The notes under the pieces were generated by a model. The model was not told the DNA's origin. It ran no database searches and saw only the letters and a list, made by a program, of their open reading frames with translations. From the NCBI GenBank assembly GCA_963814845.1, contig CAWFEP010000003.1, positions 223,485 through 287,484 of the forward strand: a DNA stretch of 64,000 nucleotides, written 5' to 3'. Shown here one piece after another: positions 39,196 through 50,381 of the stretch (positions are counted from its first letter, which is position 1; the number at the start of each line of letters is the position of its first letter). Both the position numbers and the translations under genes were made by a program. The DNA is from an uncultured Actinomycetota bacterium. GTDB taxonomy: Bacteria; Actinomycetota; Actinomycetes; JAFAQI01.

Positions 39196-40502
39196 GCGAG
39201 CGGCAGGGATGTTGACTGGTGACGTTCTCCCGCCCGGCCTGACTCGAATGAGCGGCCGGCACCTTTCGAGGTTGTCCTGTAGGTGATCCGTCGACCGGGC
39301 GGGAGAACACCTTTGCACGTACCGCTGGTGGGAGTGACCTAGTAGGAGCCTGGTCTAGAGGCCCCGTCCCTGTCCTGTCCGACCTTCGGCTGTGCGTGCC
39401 TGCCCTGCTCATACGACTGAGAGGACCGGCGTGACCACGATTGCATCTACGACGCTCAATGTCATTGGGGGTGTGGACACGCATGCGGATGTTCATGTCG
39501 CTGCGGCGTGTGACCAGCTCGGTTCGGTGCTCGGGGTTGAGTCCTTCCCGACGACGCCGCGTGGTTACCGGTCGCTGCTGGCCTACCTGCGCGGGTTCGG
39601 TCCGCTGGCGAAGGTCGGGGTGGAGGGCACCGGTTCCTACGGTGTCGGGTTGGCGCGGCATCTCGCGCGTGAGGGTGTTGAGGTGATTGAGGTGAACCGG
39701 CCGAACCGTCAGGTCCGTCGCCGGCACGGCAAGACCGATGTGGTCGATGCGATCGCGGCGGCTCGAGCGGTGATCAATGGGGACGCGACCGGGCGCCCGA
39801 AAAGTCATGACGGTGGGGTGGAATCGTTGCGGGTGCTCACGATGGTGCACCGCAGCGCGAACAAGTCACGCACCCAGGCGTTGAACCAGATCCGGGACCT
39901 GATCACGACCGCACCCGAGCAGCTGCGCACCGAACTGCGGGAACTGAAGCGTCCCGCGCTGCTCGCGACCTGCGCGGCGTTCCGGCCGGCTGACCGTGAC
40001 GACCTGGCCACCGTCACGAAACTGTCACTGCGCGGGCTGGCGCGTCGATCATCGACCTCGACGACGAACTCGTCATGCTCGACGCCCGCCGCCGGCGGAT
40101 CACCACCACCATCGCACCCGAGCTCTGCGCCGCGTTCGGGGTCGGCCCCGACACCGCCGCCGGGCTGCTGATGGCCGCCGGTGACAACCCGCAACGTCTG
40201 CGCAACGAACAGTCCTGGGCGGCGCTGCTCGGGTCCAACCCGATCGAAGCGTCATCAGGCAAGATCGTGCGGCACCGGCTCAACCGCGGCGGTGACCGGC
40301 AAGGAAACAGCGCCCTATGGCGGATCGTGTTCGTCCGGATGGGCAACGACCCCACCACCAAGGCCTACGTCGAACGACGTACCAAAGAAGGCAAAACCAA
40401 GTCCGAGATCATGCGATGCCTCAAGCGCTACGTCGCCCGCGAAACCTTCGACCTACTGCCCCGCGAACTCCAAATTTGACAGTAGGAGCATCACCTATTC
40501 GA
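39196..40502 (+). mobile_element. IS110-family insertion sequence, copy 1 (~1.3 kb)
   Basis: Nucleotide identity with copy 2 begins at gcgcgcgagcggcag and ends at aatttgacagtaggagcatcacct. It encodes a DEDD-type IS110 transposase and has no terminal inverted repeats. Confidence 0.8.
39392..40479 (+). CDS. IS110-family transposase; 1-nt deletion near 40050 relative to copy 2
   Basis: NVIGGVDTHADVHVAA is the DEDD transposase N-terminus. The two track ORFs 39392-40171 and 40075-40479 join into a protein identical in pattern to copy 2. Confidence 0.75.
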
Positions 40503-40586
40503 CGGTGAGCGTCGAGTCGTCGAGCGTCAACAACCAACCTCCGCGTTCTCCACCAGAGGACGATTGAAGCCGCTACTGTCAGGCGC

Positions 40587-40973
40587 ATGACGGCACCCGA
40601 CGACCTGACCTACCTGGGGATGGTCGCCGCGTTCAGCCTTGGCGCCCTAATGGCCGTTGATCACCAGCGTGCTAGCAGGACCCTTCACAGAGTCCGGAAC
40701 TCGCTGATTGTGGTGACCATCGCGTTGTACGCCGGGAACATCGCCAACGTGAAGGGCAATAACCCCCTCGGGATCCCCAGCCTGACTGGTGCCCTCAACT
40801 GTGGTCACGGCTGTCCGGACTATGTCTCCGCGCCGGGCGTCAACCCTGACTCGTTCCAGGCGTTCGCGCTTGACGCGCTTCTGCTGTTTGGTGCCGTCGC
40901 GGTTGGGTACCTGGTTGTCGCCCTGATCAGGAGTGCCACCATCCGAGGTCACGGCAGCACCTCCAACATCTGA
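40587..40973 (+). CDS. Small integral membrane protein (hypothetical) between the two IS copies
   Basis: 128 aa with 3 TM helices. Confidence 0.45.
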   Translation: MTAPDDLTYLGMVAAFSLGALMAVDHQRASRTLHRVRNSLIVVTIALYAGNIANVKGNNPLGIPSLTGALNCGHGCPDYVSAPGVNPDSFQAFALDALLLFGAVAVGYLVVALIRSATIRGHGSTSNI

Positions 40974-41019
40974 GCCACCAGCCTTCGGCAACCCAACCAC
41001 AGGTCACTGGGAGCCAAAC

Positions 41020-42326
41020 GCGCGCGAGCGGCAGGGATGTTGACTGGTGACGTTCTCCCGCCCGGCCTGACTCGAATGAGCGGCCGGCACCTTTCGAGGT
41101 TGTCCTGTAGGTGATCCGTCGACCGGGCGGGAGAACACCTTTGCACGTACCGCTGGTGGGAGTGACCTAGTAGGAGCCTGGTCTAGAGGCCCCGTCCCTG
41201 TCCTGTCCGACCGTTGGCTGTGCGTGCCTGCCCTGCTCATGTGACTGAGAGGACCGGCGTGACCACGATTGCATTAACGACGCTCAATGTCATTGGGGGT
41301 GTGGACACGCATGCGGATGTTCATGTCGCTGCGGCGTGTGACCAGCTCGGTTCGGTGCTCGGGGTTGAGTCCTTCGCGACGACGCCGCGTGGTTACCGGT
41401 CGCTGCTGACCTACCTGCGCGAGTTCGGTCCGCTAGCGAAGGTCGGAGTCGAAGGCACCGGTTCCTACGGTGTCGGGTTGGCGCGGCATCTCGCGCGTGA
41501 GGGTGTTGAGGTGATTGAGGTGAACCGGCCGAACCGTCAGGTCCGTCGCCGGCACGGCAAGACCGATGTGGTCGATGCGATCGCGGCGGCTCGAGCGGTG
41601 ATCAATGGGGACGCGACCGGGCACCCGAAAAGTCATGACGGTGGGGTGGAATCGTTGCGGGTGCTCACGATGGTGCACCGCAGCGCGAACAAGTCACGCA
41701 CCCAGGCGCTGAACCAGATCCGGGACCTGATCACCACCGCACCCGAGCAGCTGCGCACCGAACTGCGAGAACTGAAGCGTCCCGCGCTGCTCGCGACCTG
41801 CGCGGCGTTCCGGCCCACCGACCGTGACGACCTGGCCACCGTCACGAAACTGTCACTGCGCGGGCTAGCGCGTCGCATCATCGACCTCGACGACGAACTC
41901 GTCATGCTCGACACCCGCCGCCGGCGGATCACCACCACCATCGCACCCGAGCTCTGCGCCGCGTTCGGGGTCGGCCCCGACACCGCCGCCGGGCTGCTGA
42001 TGGCCGCCGGTGACAACCCGCAACGTCTGCGCAACGAACAGTCCTGGGCGGCGCTGCTCGGGTCCAACCCGATCAACGCGTCATCAGGCAAGATCGTGCG
42101 ACACCGGCTCAACCGCGGCGGTGACCGGCAAGGAAACAGCGCCCTATGGCGGATCGTGTTCGTCCGGATGGGCAACGACCCCGTCACCAAGGCTTACGTC
42201 GAACGACGTACCAAAGAAGGCAAAACCAAGACCGAGATCATGCGATGCCTCAAACGCTACGTCGCCCGCGAAACCTTCGAACTACTCCCACGCGAACTCC
42301 GAATTTGACAGTAGGAGCATCACCTC
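41020..42326 (+). mobile_element. IS110-family insertion sequence, copy 2 (~1.3 kb)
   Basis: Near-identical to copy 1 over the whole length, in direct orientation 517 bp downstream. Confidence 0.8.
41214..42308 (+). CDS. IS110-family transposase (intact, 364 aa)
   Basis: Carries the DEDD_Tnp_IS110 N-terminus and the C-terminal transposase_20 domain LLGSNPINASSGKIVRHRLNRGGDRQGN. Confidence 0.85.
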   Translation: MAVRACPAHVTERTGVTTIALTTLNVIGGVDTHADVHVAAACDQLGSVLGVESFATTPRGYRSLLTYLREFGPLAKVGVEGTGSYGVGLARHLAREGVEVIEVNRPNRQVRRRHGKTDVVDAIAAARAVINGDATGHPKSHDGGVESLRVLTMVHRSANKSRTQALNQIRDLITTAPEQLRTELRELKRPALLATCAAFRPTDRDDLATVTKLSLRGLARRIIDLDDELVMLDTRRRRITTTIAPELCAAFGVGPDTAAGLLMAAGDNPQRLRNEQSWAALLGSNPINASSGKIVRHRLNRGGDRQGNSALWRIVFVRMGNDPVTKAYVERRTKEGKTKTEIMRCLKRYVARETFELLPRELRI

Positions 42327-42455
42327 TGTGCGCTGCCAACTGGTCTTAGACATGGGAGCAGACCTGGCGCTTGGGTTGTCGCAGGCGACAGCTCAAAGGG
42401 CAACTCCATCCGACGAGTGCCGCCTGGCCAGTCCAGGGGCTTCTATCCTCGGCGG

Positions 42456-43019
42456 ATGGCAACAGAGGTGCTGCCGGCGACTGGCCGCTGGGATGACTTC
42501 GCATCGTTCATGGTGCCGCGACGCGGAGGCAGCGGATGCGTGTGCATGGCGTACCGCAACTCCAGCCTGGACATGACGGGCCGGGTCGGACACATGAAGT
42601 CGCTGTGCGAAAGCGACCCAGGCCCGGGGGTTCTGGCTTACGTCGACGGCGAGGTGGCAGGCTGGTGCTCCATCGCGCCGAAGGAGTCGTATCGCGCTCT
42701 GGTCAACTCACGCACGATCCCGCATCTCGACGACGACGGTGTTTGGTCCGTGGTGTGCTTCGTCGTTCGGCCCGGCTACCGACGCCGCGGGCTGATGCAC
42801 CACCTCCTGGACGGTGCCGTCGCGCATGCGCAAGGGATGGGTGCCCCCGCGTTGGAGGGCTACCCGGTCGATGCTGGCGACGACCGGATTGACCAGACCA
42901 GCGGTTACGTCGGCACGGTGAAGCTCTTCGAGACTCACGGGTTCGACCGAAGCTGTCAGACCTCCGGTCGCAGAGGCGGCAAGCCTCGCTGGCTTGTCCG
43001 GCGGGACCTGTCGCCATAA
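42456..43019 (+). CDS. GNAT-family N-acetyltransferase
   Basis: Acetyl-CoA-binding motif VVRPGYRRRGLMHHLLDGAVAHAQGMG. Confidence 0.7.
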   Translation: MATEVLPATGRWDDFASFMVPRRGGSGCVCMAYRNSSLDMTGRVGHMKSLCESDPGPGVLAYVDGEVAGWCSIAPKESYRALVNSRTIPHLDDDGVWSVVCFVVRPGYRRRGLMHHLLDGAVAHAQGMGAPALEGYPVDAGDDRIDQTSGYVGTVKLFETHGFDRSCQTSGRRGGKPRWLVRRDLSP

Positions 43020-43247
43020 CCCATCTCGTCATCATCGTCGACCGACGACTCACCGAGGCGAAGAGAAACTAAAGCAAGATCAACGTCTGTTTCCGAACGA
43101 AAATGTCCGTCACTCGCTCGTCCACTCGCCCGACCCGGAAGTGATCAAGAACGCCGGTTCTGTTCGGCGCGCGCGAGACGAATGAAGGCCGCGCGCCTTC
43201 TCCGAACCGAGTGCCTCTCGGGCCTTACTCGCGGCCGAGAGCTCAGG

Positions 43248-44150
43248 TCAGTCGGCCGAGGCGAGGATCGAGTGTTGGATTGCTAGGAGGGCCCGTTCGG
43301 CTATCTCATAGCCAGATGCGTCCCAACCGGTCTGTGTAAGCAGCGCTCTCGACGCGACGCAGAGTGCGCTGAGGCTGGCTGAGATCTGCGCGGTGGCCTC
43401 GGCCGGAGCTATGTCGCGCAGCCTGGCTCGGTACTTCTCCGGGGCTGGGCTACGGAATTCGAGATGCTTAAGAAGTACGTTCAGCGTTGCGTGAGTGATC
43501 CCGGACGTGTCGCGATAGAACATCGCCGCGTACGTTGAGTTGCCGATCGTCTCACCCAATAGCGCCATGGTTGAGATGCGCTGTTCGCCGACCCAACCTG
43601 CACGTCGGTTGGTCGGTCGTTCTGTCGCCAAGTGGTGTTCCGATTCGGCGACATCGAGCAGGCGATTAGCCGTGACCATCTGCCAAGAACTGTCCAGGGC
43701 GGCAACGGCGCTCGTGTAGCGCCAATCCTCGTGAAGCGCGTACAGCCTCTCGTTGATCATGCGACGGATGCGCTCATCGGGATCAACGGAGGTCGTTAGC
43801 AGAAGCCAAGATCGGGCGGCGGCCTCTCCAAGTGGTCTGCTGGCCGACAGGAGGGCCAGTGAGCGAGCGGAATCCAACAGGTCGGCCACAGCGAGCGCCT
43901 GGTCGTTGACCACGTACCAGAGGATCGCGCCGGTGCGATAGGCGTCCTGCAACGGTTCGTCTCCCCAGCCGCTCGCTCTCTCGTGTGCGTCCCAGTCCGT
44001 GACTGCCGGTGAGTCCGGCGTGAAGTCCCAGTTGTTGGAGTCGCCCGCCCGGTTAACCTCTGCGACCAGGGCTCTGATCGCCCCCGCGAGGGCCTCGCGC
44101 AGTGACTCGATCACCGTGTCCATCTGCCAATCATCTCCGGCCGACGCCAT
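43248..44150 (-). CDS. Hypothetical protein
   Basis: ~300-aa ORF with no motif. Start taken at MASAGDDWQ. Confidence 0.45.
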   Translation of the reverse strand: MASAGDDWQMDTVIESLREALAGAIRALVAEVNRAGDSNNWDFTPDSPAVTDWDAHERASGWGDEPLQDAYRTGAILWYVVNDQALAVADLLDSARSLALLSASRPLGEAAARSWLLLTTSVDPDERIRRMINERLYALHEDWRYTSAVAALDSSWQMVTANRLLDVAESEHHLATERPTNRRAGWVGEQRISTMALLGETIGNSTYAAMFYRDTSGITHATLNVLLKHLEFRSPAPEKYRARLRDIAPAEATAQISASLSALCVASRALLTQTGWDASGYEIAERALLAIQHSILASAD

Positions 44151-44273
44151 CAGTGTTGGGCGAACATAGCCGGCGCTCTGTCCGTCGCTGATCTTCGGCT
44201 TCGTCACCGGTTTTCGCTCAACACGCCGCCGCACTGGTCGCGAGCGCGAAGATCAGCGGACCGCGCTGGCAGC

Positions 44274-44774
44274 TCAAGCACTCGGCCCTTCCCAAAACAG
44301 TTCGAGCTGGATGTTGTCCGGATCCCGAAAGGTGATCATTCGATTCGCGGTGTAGGCGGGGGACTTCACACCTGAGTGAGTCACGCCGAGCTCGTCGAGC
44401 CAACTCGCCCAACCGTCTAACTCATCGCCCGCTGAAACGAAGAACTCAACGTGGTCAAGCCCGGCTCGTGTCTCGTTGAAAGGCTCACCGCTGTTCTGGC
44501 CATGGCTCAGCAGACAGAGGGTGAAGCCGGAGTGGCTGTCCTGAAGGCAGATCTGCTGGACCAGACCTTCGACATCCATCTGCTGTCCAGTGACTTCGAA
44601 GCCGAAGACACTCTGGTACCAAGCGGCACTCACCACCGGATCACGGACCGTGAGAATCAAGCCAATCCGACCATTGATCGCGGGCATGGCCGAAGTCTGC
44701 CGCAAGGGGGCTTGTTGGGTCACCCGCGCGCCGAACCGAGGTGCCGTTATCGGGCGGGTGGTCGGCATGATCAT
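44274..44774 (-). CDS. VOC (glyoxalase/bleomycin-resistance/dioxygenase) family protein
   Basis: A VOC-fold protein with the motif HVEFFV. The start codon is uncertain. Confidence 0.6.
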   Translation of the reverse strand: MIMPTTRPITAPRFGARVTQQAPLRQTSAMPAINGRIGLILTVRDPVVSAAWYQSVFGFEVTGQQMDVEGLVQQICLQDSHSGFTLCLLSHGQNSGEPFNETRAGLDHVEFFVSAGDELDGWASWLDELGVTHSGVKSPAYTANRMITFRDPDNIQLELFWEGPSA

Positions 44775-45248
44775 TACCTCGCACACGTGCCTGTGAGAGA
44801 TGATGGGCCGGTGCCGGACGCTCACCGACAATTCCGCGTGGTCACAGGAGTAGCGAGAGTGACGCTCGCCCTAAGAAAGGAGGGCTGTCGAACCCCTTGA
44901 CGCTGCCGACCTCGAGCATCACCTTCAGGTTTGTGGACGGACCGAACACCGGAGCTGGAACGGTCGCCATCCTGGACATCATTGGCGGATCGGAGATCGC
45001 GGCCAGGACGGTGGCCGATCCCGGTGACGTTCCCGATGCTCCTGAGGGCGAGGACTTCGGTTCCAGACGCTTCGAGTTGTGGGCGGGGCGACCGATCGGC
45101 GAGGCTGTCGTCACTGCCTTCGATGAGCGCTCATAGGCCGATAGTCCCGCCGCGCAGAGGCGACGTTCTGCGCGCGGCAGGGGCTCGACGTTCTCGATTG
45201 GTATGCGGAAAGATCCAACTAGAGGCTCGTTATCCGCGTCTGTCAGTC

Positions 45249-45939
45249 ATGAGGTTCCTTCGAGTCGGTTTACTTGCCGCGATCGTTCTGTTGCCTGCCT
45301 GCTCGGGACCGTTGCAGCCGGTCGCCGCACCGGAGAACCCCGTCGGGTCGAGCGCGGGGACGTCCGGCTTGATCGGGGAGCCATCGGTGTCACCTGCTCG
45401 GTCCAACCGGTCGATGACAGGCGGGTTGAAGCCATCGCGACAGGTCGAACGTGTCGTCGCTTCCAAGGTGTTCGGCGGGTGCTCTCGTTGTTTCCTTCCA
45501 ATACTTGGATGCGGGAACGATGGACTCCTACGGCGCGATCCAGGTGGTGAACGCAGGCAAGGCCGCGTGCCGGATATTACGGAATCTGACAGTACGAACA
45601 CGAGGCGAGGGACCAATGCCGCGACTGACGAGTGTCCGAGGAGCCGTCTCCCGTCAGCAAGCAGTTCTCAAGCCCGGTAGCGCGCTGCGGGCGGCTACGG
45701 GCACGGTGCCTGACAACTTGTTGCACGCGCGAGGTTGCAACGCTGCCACGAAGGTCGAAGTGCACGTTGAGGGCATGAGGCCTCCCATCGCGATACCAGT
45801 GTCATCCCTGCACGGTAAGTCGCGACTCATCCTGCACTTCTGCCACGTACGGATGACAGTTGGACCGCTCCGAAGCGCCCACCGCGGACGTGAAACGCCC
45901 AGTGAGCAGTCACCGCATCCTTACAGCGACCAGAGGTGA
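45249..45939 (+). CDS. Putative lipoprotein (hypothetical); 1 frameshift near 45450
   Basis: Lipobox MRFLRVGLLAAIVLLPACSG. The body continues in the frame of track ORF 45451-45939. Confidence 0.4.
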
Positions 45940-46246
45940 CGTTATCCGACAGTCGATGACCGTGGCGCGAAAGATGAATAACGGGTCCCCTCTGCGCGGT
46001 TTGATGATCCTGAATCAGGCGGGCTTGTGCCCGGGCATGGGATTCTTGTCGTAGATTCCGATGGGTGACGTTGATCGGTAGTGCTGAAGGGGCTATCAGC
46101 ACCGACTTCGCGATTATGAATGCCCACCAAACGAGCGCGCATTAGGAACTCAGCGGGCCAATGGCGTTCGCGACCTCTCACCCGGGGTTTGTCGACTTGA
46201 TCTGCGGCACCAAGTATGCCGAGGTCTCAGTCCCGGTTGGAGGTCC

Positions 46247-47170
46247 ATGACGTGGTGCCCGGAGCCGGCGGGCTATGAGGATAGCGACGAGGTTCCGTGG
46301 CGAGGGGTCGATGACGGCCCGGTCGTCATCGCCGGATTCGACTATGACCAACCGGTCGCGTCGCTCGACGTGAACGACATCGATCCGACTCGGGTTCGGA
46401 TCTGTGCGTCGGGCCGTTACCGCTTTGACTACGACGACGCAAGCGAGGGTCTGCCGCCTGAAAAGTGGCTACTGCAGTTCTGGCCAGACCATGACGGAAC
46501 CGATGAGCTGTATCGACGGCCGAGACGCATGGGTGGGCCGCCTCCGTTCTCGCTGAGGTTTTCATCGGCGTGGCTTACAGCCATGCACGCCTGGCGCAGT
46601 GCGGGTTGGCCGGCGCTGCTGGGCTCCATCCGCAGCGTGCACTGGGTACGGGTGCCGCTGATCCGGGAGCAACGGCCACTGACCGCCGAGGAGCTCTCCG
46701 TTGCTGGCGACACCTCGGGTGCGTTACCTGCGCACGACGCGGAACTACTCGCGCCCGCGTTCGGCACGGTCGACTCCTGGGGATCGCTCATCGAGGCTAT
46801 GAACCGGGTCGGCCTGTTGGCTGTGGTCCCGACCGCTGACGGTCCTGCCTTCCTGCCCAACCCTGCGCCGCCACCCGTGTGGACCGTCGTCGACATGGAC
46901 GACAGCCGAGCCGAACACCTCAAACGCAGAGCACAGATCCAGGTCTATGGGACCTACGTGCCCGACATTGAGCAGCTAGTCCGCTGGAGCCCGGCGCCGT
47001 TCACCGCCACCCCACGAATGATCGCAGTCCGGCTCGCACTACCAGTCGACGATATCGTCGAGACGCTTCGCCTTGTGGACCTCACCGACCCGGGTCGGGT
47101 TCAAGGCGACCTCGACGACCTCGACTTGCCCATCACGATCGCACCTCCTCCAGACCCGGCCAACCGCTGA
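46247..47170 (+). CDS. Hypothetical protein
   Basis: 307-aa ORF with no motif. Confidence 0.5.
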   Translation: MTWCPEPAGYEDSDEVPWRGVDDGPVVIAGFDYDQPVASLDVNDIDPTRVRICASGRYRFDYDDASEGLPPEKWLLQFWPDHDGTDELYRRPRRMGGPPPFSLRFSSAWLTAMHAWRSAGWPALLGSIRSVHWVRVPLIREQRPLTAEELSVAGDTSGALPAHDAELLAPAFGTVDSWGSLIEAMNRVGLLAVVPTADGPAFLPNPAPPPVWTVVDMDDSRAEHLKRRAQIQVYGTYVPDIEQLVRWSPAPFTATPRMIAVRLALPVDDIVETLRLVDLTDPGRVQGDLDDLDLPITIAPPPDPANR

Positions 47171-47222
47171 AGCGCGAGCAAGCGCTTACTTAGAAGGCTG
47201 GATCAAGTGTGCTGGACCGGCA

Positions 47223-47651
47223 CTACTGATCGTTGCTTAGTCGACGGCCGAACCAGCCAGAATCCCGATCTTGAGGCGGATCGGCAGACCGGTCACGCAG
47301 GTAGTTCGGGGTCCGATCAAGTCGACGGACAACGAGCCGGTCGGGGAACTTAATCTCGACTCGTTGACCGCCGATCTCCCAGCGACATCCCCAAAACGGA
47401 CCCATCATCAGTATCGGCACGGGGCTGTCGCCGACCGTCACCGCATCTGGCACACCATCGTGAACCCGGCCCCACACGAATCGGTGTCCGGCAGTGATGT
47501 CTGCATTCTGTTCGACCGGCCACCAGTCATCAGGCTCAAGTTCAATGGCCCCCGCTCGCTCGTCAGCTAGCTGATCGGGCGAGACTTCGCGACATAGGCC
47601 GTCTTCACGCTGTTGAAGAATGCAGTCGCCAAGGTCAAGGCTCTGAATCAC
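47223..47651 (-). CDS. Hypothetical protein
   Basis: 142-aa ORF with no motif. Confidence 0.4.
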   Translation of the reverse strand: MIQSLDLGDCILQQREDGLCREVSPDQLADERAGAIELEPDDWWPVEQNADITAGHRFVWGRVHDGVPDAVTVGDSPVPILMMGPFWGCRWEIGGQRVEIKFPDRLVVRRLDRTPNYLRDRSADPPQDRDSGWFGRRLSNDQ

Positions 47652-47798
47652 GACCGCACGATAACGCCTGATGTCCGAGTCCGAGCGGCTTTTCAGTTCG
47701 AGTACCGCGTGGGTCCTTCGTGAGGAAGCGAGATCACTCCGGTCGGTCCCCGACCTGATCTAGACCCGCAGGAGCGGCATCCGAGCCTTCGCCTGTCC

Positions 47799-48215
47799 CT
47801 ACCCGGTTCGCAGGGTGACGATCGTGGTGTCTGACAGTGTCGGTTGGTTGAGGGTCACGACCACGGTGTAAAACACGAGGTCCGCGGTGCAGCCTCGGTG
47901 CGGCGATGTGATCGGGATGACTAAGGTTCCGTGAGGTCGACTGGCGGTCCTCGCAACGGGTGGGCATGAGCTGCTGCCACCCATCGCGAACTCAACGCTG
48001 TCCGGTGAAAGGACGATCGCCCCGTGATCGCGCAATCGACGCGCAACGCCAAGGTGGGCGGTTGAACGGCGTACGGCCAGCGATCCGCCGGCGGCCTCGG
48101 TGGGTGCCGACGCGACGTGATGTGCCGGTGCCGCACCGGGCTGAGTCGCGTGACCACCAGAGCATGATGCCAATGCCGTCACCGCGAGCCCTGCCACCGC
48201 TAGCGCCCTGTACAT
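47799..48215 (-). CDS. Putative lipoprotein
   Basis: Signal peptide with lipobox LAVTALASCSGG. Confidence 0.5.
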   Translation of the reverse strand: MYRALAVAGLAVTALASCSGGHATQPGAAPAHHVASAPTEAAGGSLAVRRSTAHLGVARRLRDHGAIVLSPDSVEFAMGGSSSCPPVARTASRPHGTLVIPITSPHRGCTADLVFYTVVVTLNQPTLSDTTIVTLRTG

Positions 48216-48755
48216 GCTCTATAGACTCCTAGCGCCGTCGAACGGTTCCGAGGACGCATTCAGTCAGCGTCCCACGCAGAGGCCGCGTCCCGGCCGCATC
48301 TAGCGGCTTGTATCGGTCGTAGGAGACTCAGCCTTGACGAACCCCCATGTCAGAGCGTTCTCCGAGCGCGACCTACGCGTCAGTTAGGTTCGCCCAGCCG
48401 CTTTGGTCCGCCGTAGCAAGTAGAGTCCGCCAACCACCGCGACACAGGCAACAAACAGCAGCAACCAACCCGCCAGAACCAACGACCGTTTGTCCGGCGA
48501 ACCCATGTATCCCGCCGCTAACAGCCATCCTGCGACCACCGTGATCGGCGCAGCGACCTACACCACAGCGACACAAACCGGGTGCGCCTGCCGTAGGTCT
48601 CGCGCCGTCGCCACGACGACAATCATGCCTCAGATGTTGTGCGGCAACGCCGCATCGAGTGCGCGCGAACGAAGGCACTTCAGTTCGGTTGCGATCCTGA
48701 GATATCGCCTGGCGAAGTGCGCCGGTTTGGACTCGTCGGTTCGATCCGACGATCC

Positions 48756-50006
48756 TCAGGAAAGGGGTGAGCCGACGGTGTAAGCGATGCGCGGCTTGGC
48801 GCTCGCAGGCACGAGGTAGGCGTCGCTTACGTGTGTCGACGCCACGCCCGTGCTTACCCGCTTCCAGTGGCTTCCGACGAACACTTCCTCCCGCACTTGA
48901 CCTTCGATCCAGCCGTGCACACGGCGAGCCGGTCTGATGAAGGTCGCATAGACCCGGTCGCCGACCGTGGCGAATGAGACCGAGAAGTCTCCTGCCGTGG
49001 TGCCGGGCAGCGGGTGAGTTGCGGACACGGTCCCGCCCGTACTTACTACGGCGTACCGCGGTCGCAGTGTCGAGCTGGGATGGCTGATGCGGAACCGGTC
49101 AATCGCAAGGAAGTACCGGCCGCCGGGCTCTGGCGCCAGCGGTGCGGCGATCGTGTCTAGGTAACCCGCCGGTGGATGGGTTGCCACCACAGGCTGCGGA
49201 GTCGACCAGGTGCCGCCTGATTGCTGCTTGCTGAAGTACAGATCGACCCGGCCGTCATTCTCGTCAGCGCCGGAGCCGCTCAGCTTCTCGAGCACGGCGG
49301 TGAGATGGCCGACCGTGCGCCCGAGCAGTCCCTCGAGCAGATATTCGGTGCCGGCGATGAGATTGGTGCCGGGCAGGTCGGTCGCAGCGATCCGGAAAGG
49401 GTGGCCGGGTGTGCCGACGAACAACGTATTGCCCTCATCGGGTGCGGGCGTGTCGTCCGACGCGGTGACGATGGCCATCTGACGACCCGCAAGGCCGTCC
49501 AAAGCCCGCACCACTGTGTCCCCGTTCGAGCAGAGACCGCGGCCGACGTCGGCGTCCACAAACGGCTTCAGCCGGCGGGCTCCAACAGGGGTCGATGAGG
49601 CAACAACACCACCGCACTCCATGGCGACGGTGTCGATGCGGGTGCCATCACCGGACAGCTCCATGATCGGACTGTGCTGGGTGCCGACTCCCAGCTGCAA
49701 GGTGTGCTGAGTGGTTCGACCGGTCCGCGGATCATGCACGTAGTAGGCCAGAGCGCGCGGATACGGGTTGCCGCCGAGAATCGTCCGTATCGCGTGCACC
49801 CGGTGCTGGTCGTCGACAACCACCGCGGTAAGACCGGGATGTGCGAACACCCGGCCCACGCCCGTCAGGTAGAAGCCCTGCGCCAAACCCGAATGTGAGC
49901 TTCGCGTCGAGGCATGCGACGCGATCGGCGCTGCGACCACACCGGCCACGCCGACCGCGCTCGCCGTCACGGCGACCACCCTGCGGCGCCAACTAGTGCG
50001 TTTCAT
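48756..50006 (-). CDS. Secreted hypothetical protein
   Basis: 416 aa with N-terminal signal peptide RRRVVAVTASAVGVAGVVAAPIASHA. Confidence 0.55.
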   Translation of the reverse strand: MKRTSWRRRVVAVTASAVGVAGVVAAPIASHASTRSSHSGLAQGFYLTGVGRVFAHPGLTAVVVDDQHRVHAIRTILGGNPYPRALAYYVHDPRTGRTTQHTLQLGVGTQHSPIMELSGDGTRIDTVAMECGGVVASSTPVGARRLKPFVDADVGRGLCSNGDTVVRALDGLAGRQMAIVTASDDTPAPDEGNTLFVGTPGHPFRIAATDLPGTNLIAGTEYLLEGLLGRTVGHLTAVLEKLSGSGADENDGRVDLYFSKQQSGGTWSTPQPVVATHPPAGYLDTIAAPLAPEPGGRYFLAIDRFRISHPSSTLRPRYAVVSTGGTVSATHPLPGTTAGDFSVSFATVGDRVYATFIRPARRVHGWIEGQVREEVFVGSHWKRVSTGVASTHVSDAYLVPASAKPRIAYTVGSPLS

Positions 50007-50381
50007 CTATCTGTCCCATCTGGGCGAGTCCGGTGAGACTCACCTACGTACCTAACGGCCGGGCACACCACCAGGTTGACGACTGCCCTGAGATTGTTGT
50101 GACAGTCAGCCCGACCAGCCACCCGATCCAGAACAAGTAGCCGGCTATGCGCGCCTTAGCGAACGACCTAAGCAAACTAATCGCGACTATCTGTCGGCCG
50201 TTGCCAACCATCCTCGCGCGAACGCCTCGGCGGTCTTTGCGAGCGGATAACAGCCCTGACAGCCCGGAGTCAGCGGGGCTCGCTGCGGTCGGTGTCCAGC
50301 GGTGCCTAGCGCGCATGGCGCCCAGTTCGGAAACCCGCAGGACCAAGATCGTTGATCATGGCCCTGACCTGCACCTTTGAG

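Noticed and set aside
31491-50381. Search for an integrase or recombinase to explain island mobility
   Set aside because: No ORF in the interval shows tyrosine-recombinase (R..HxxR..Y) or serine-recombinase signatures. The IS110 transposases are the only recombinases present.
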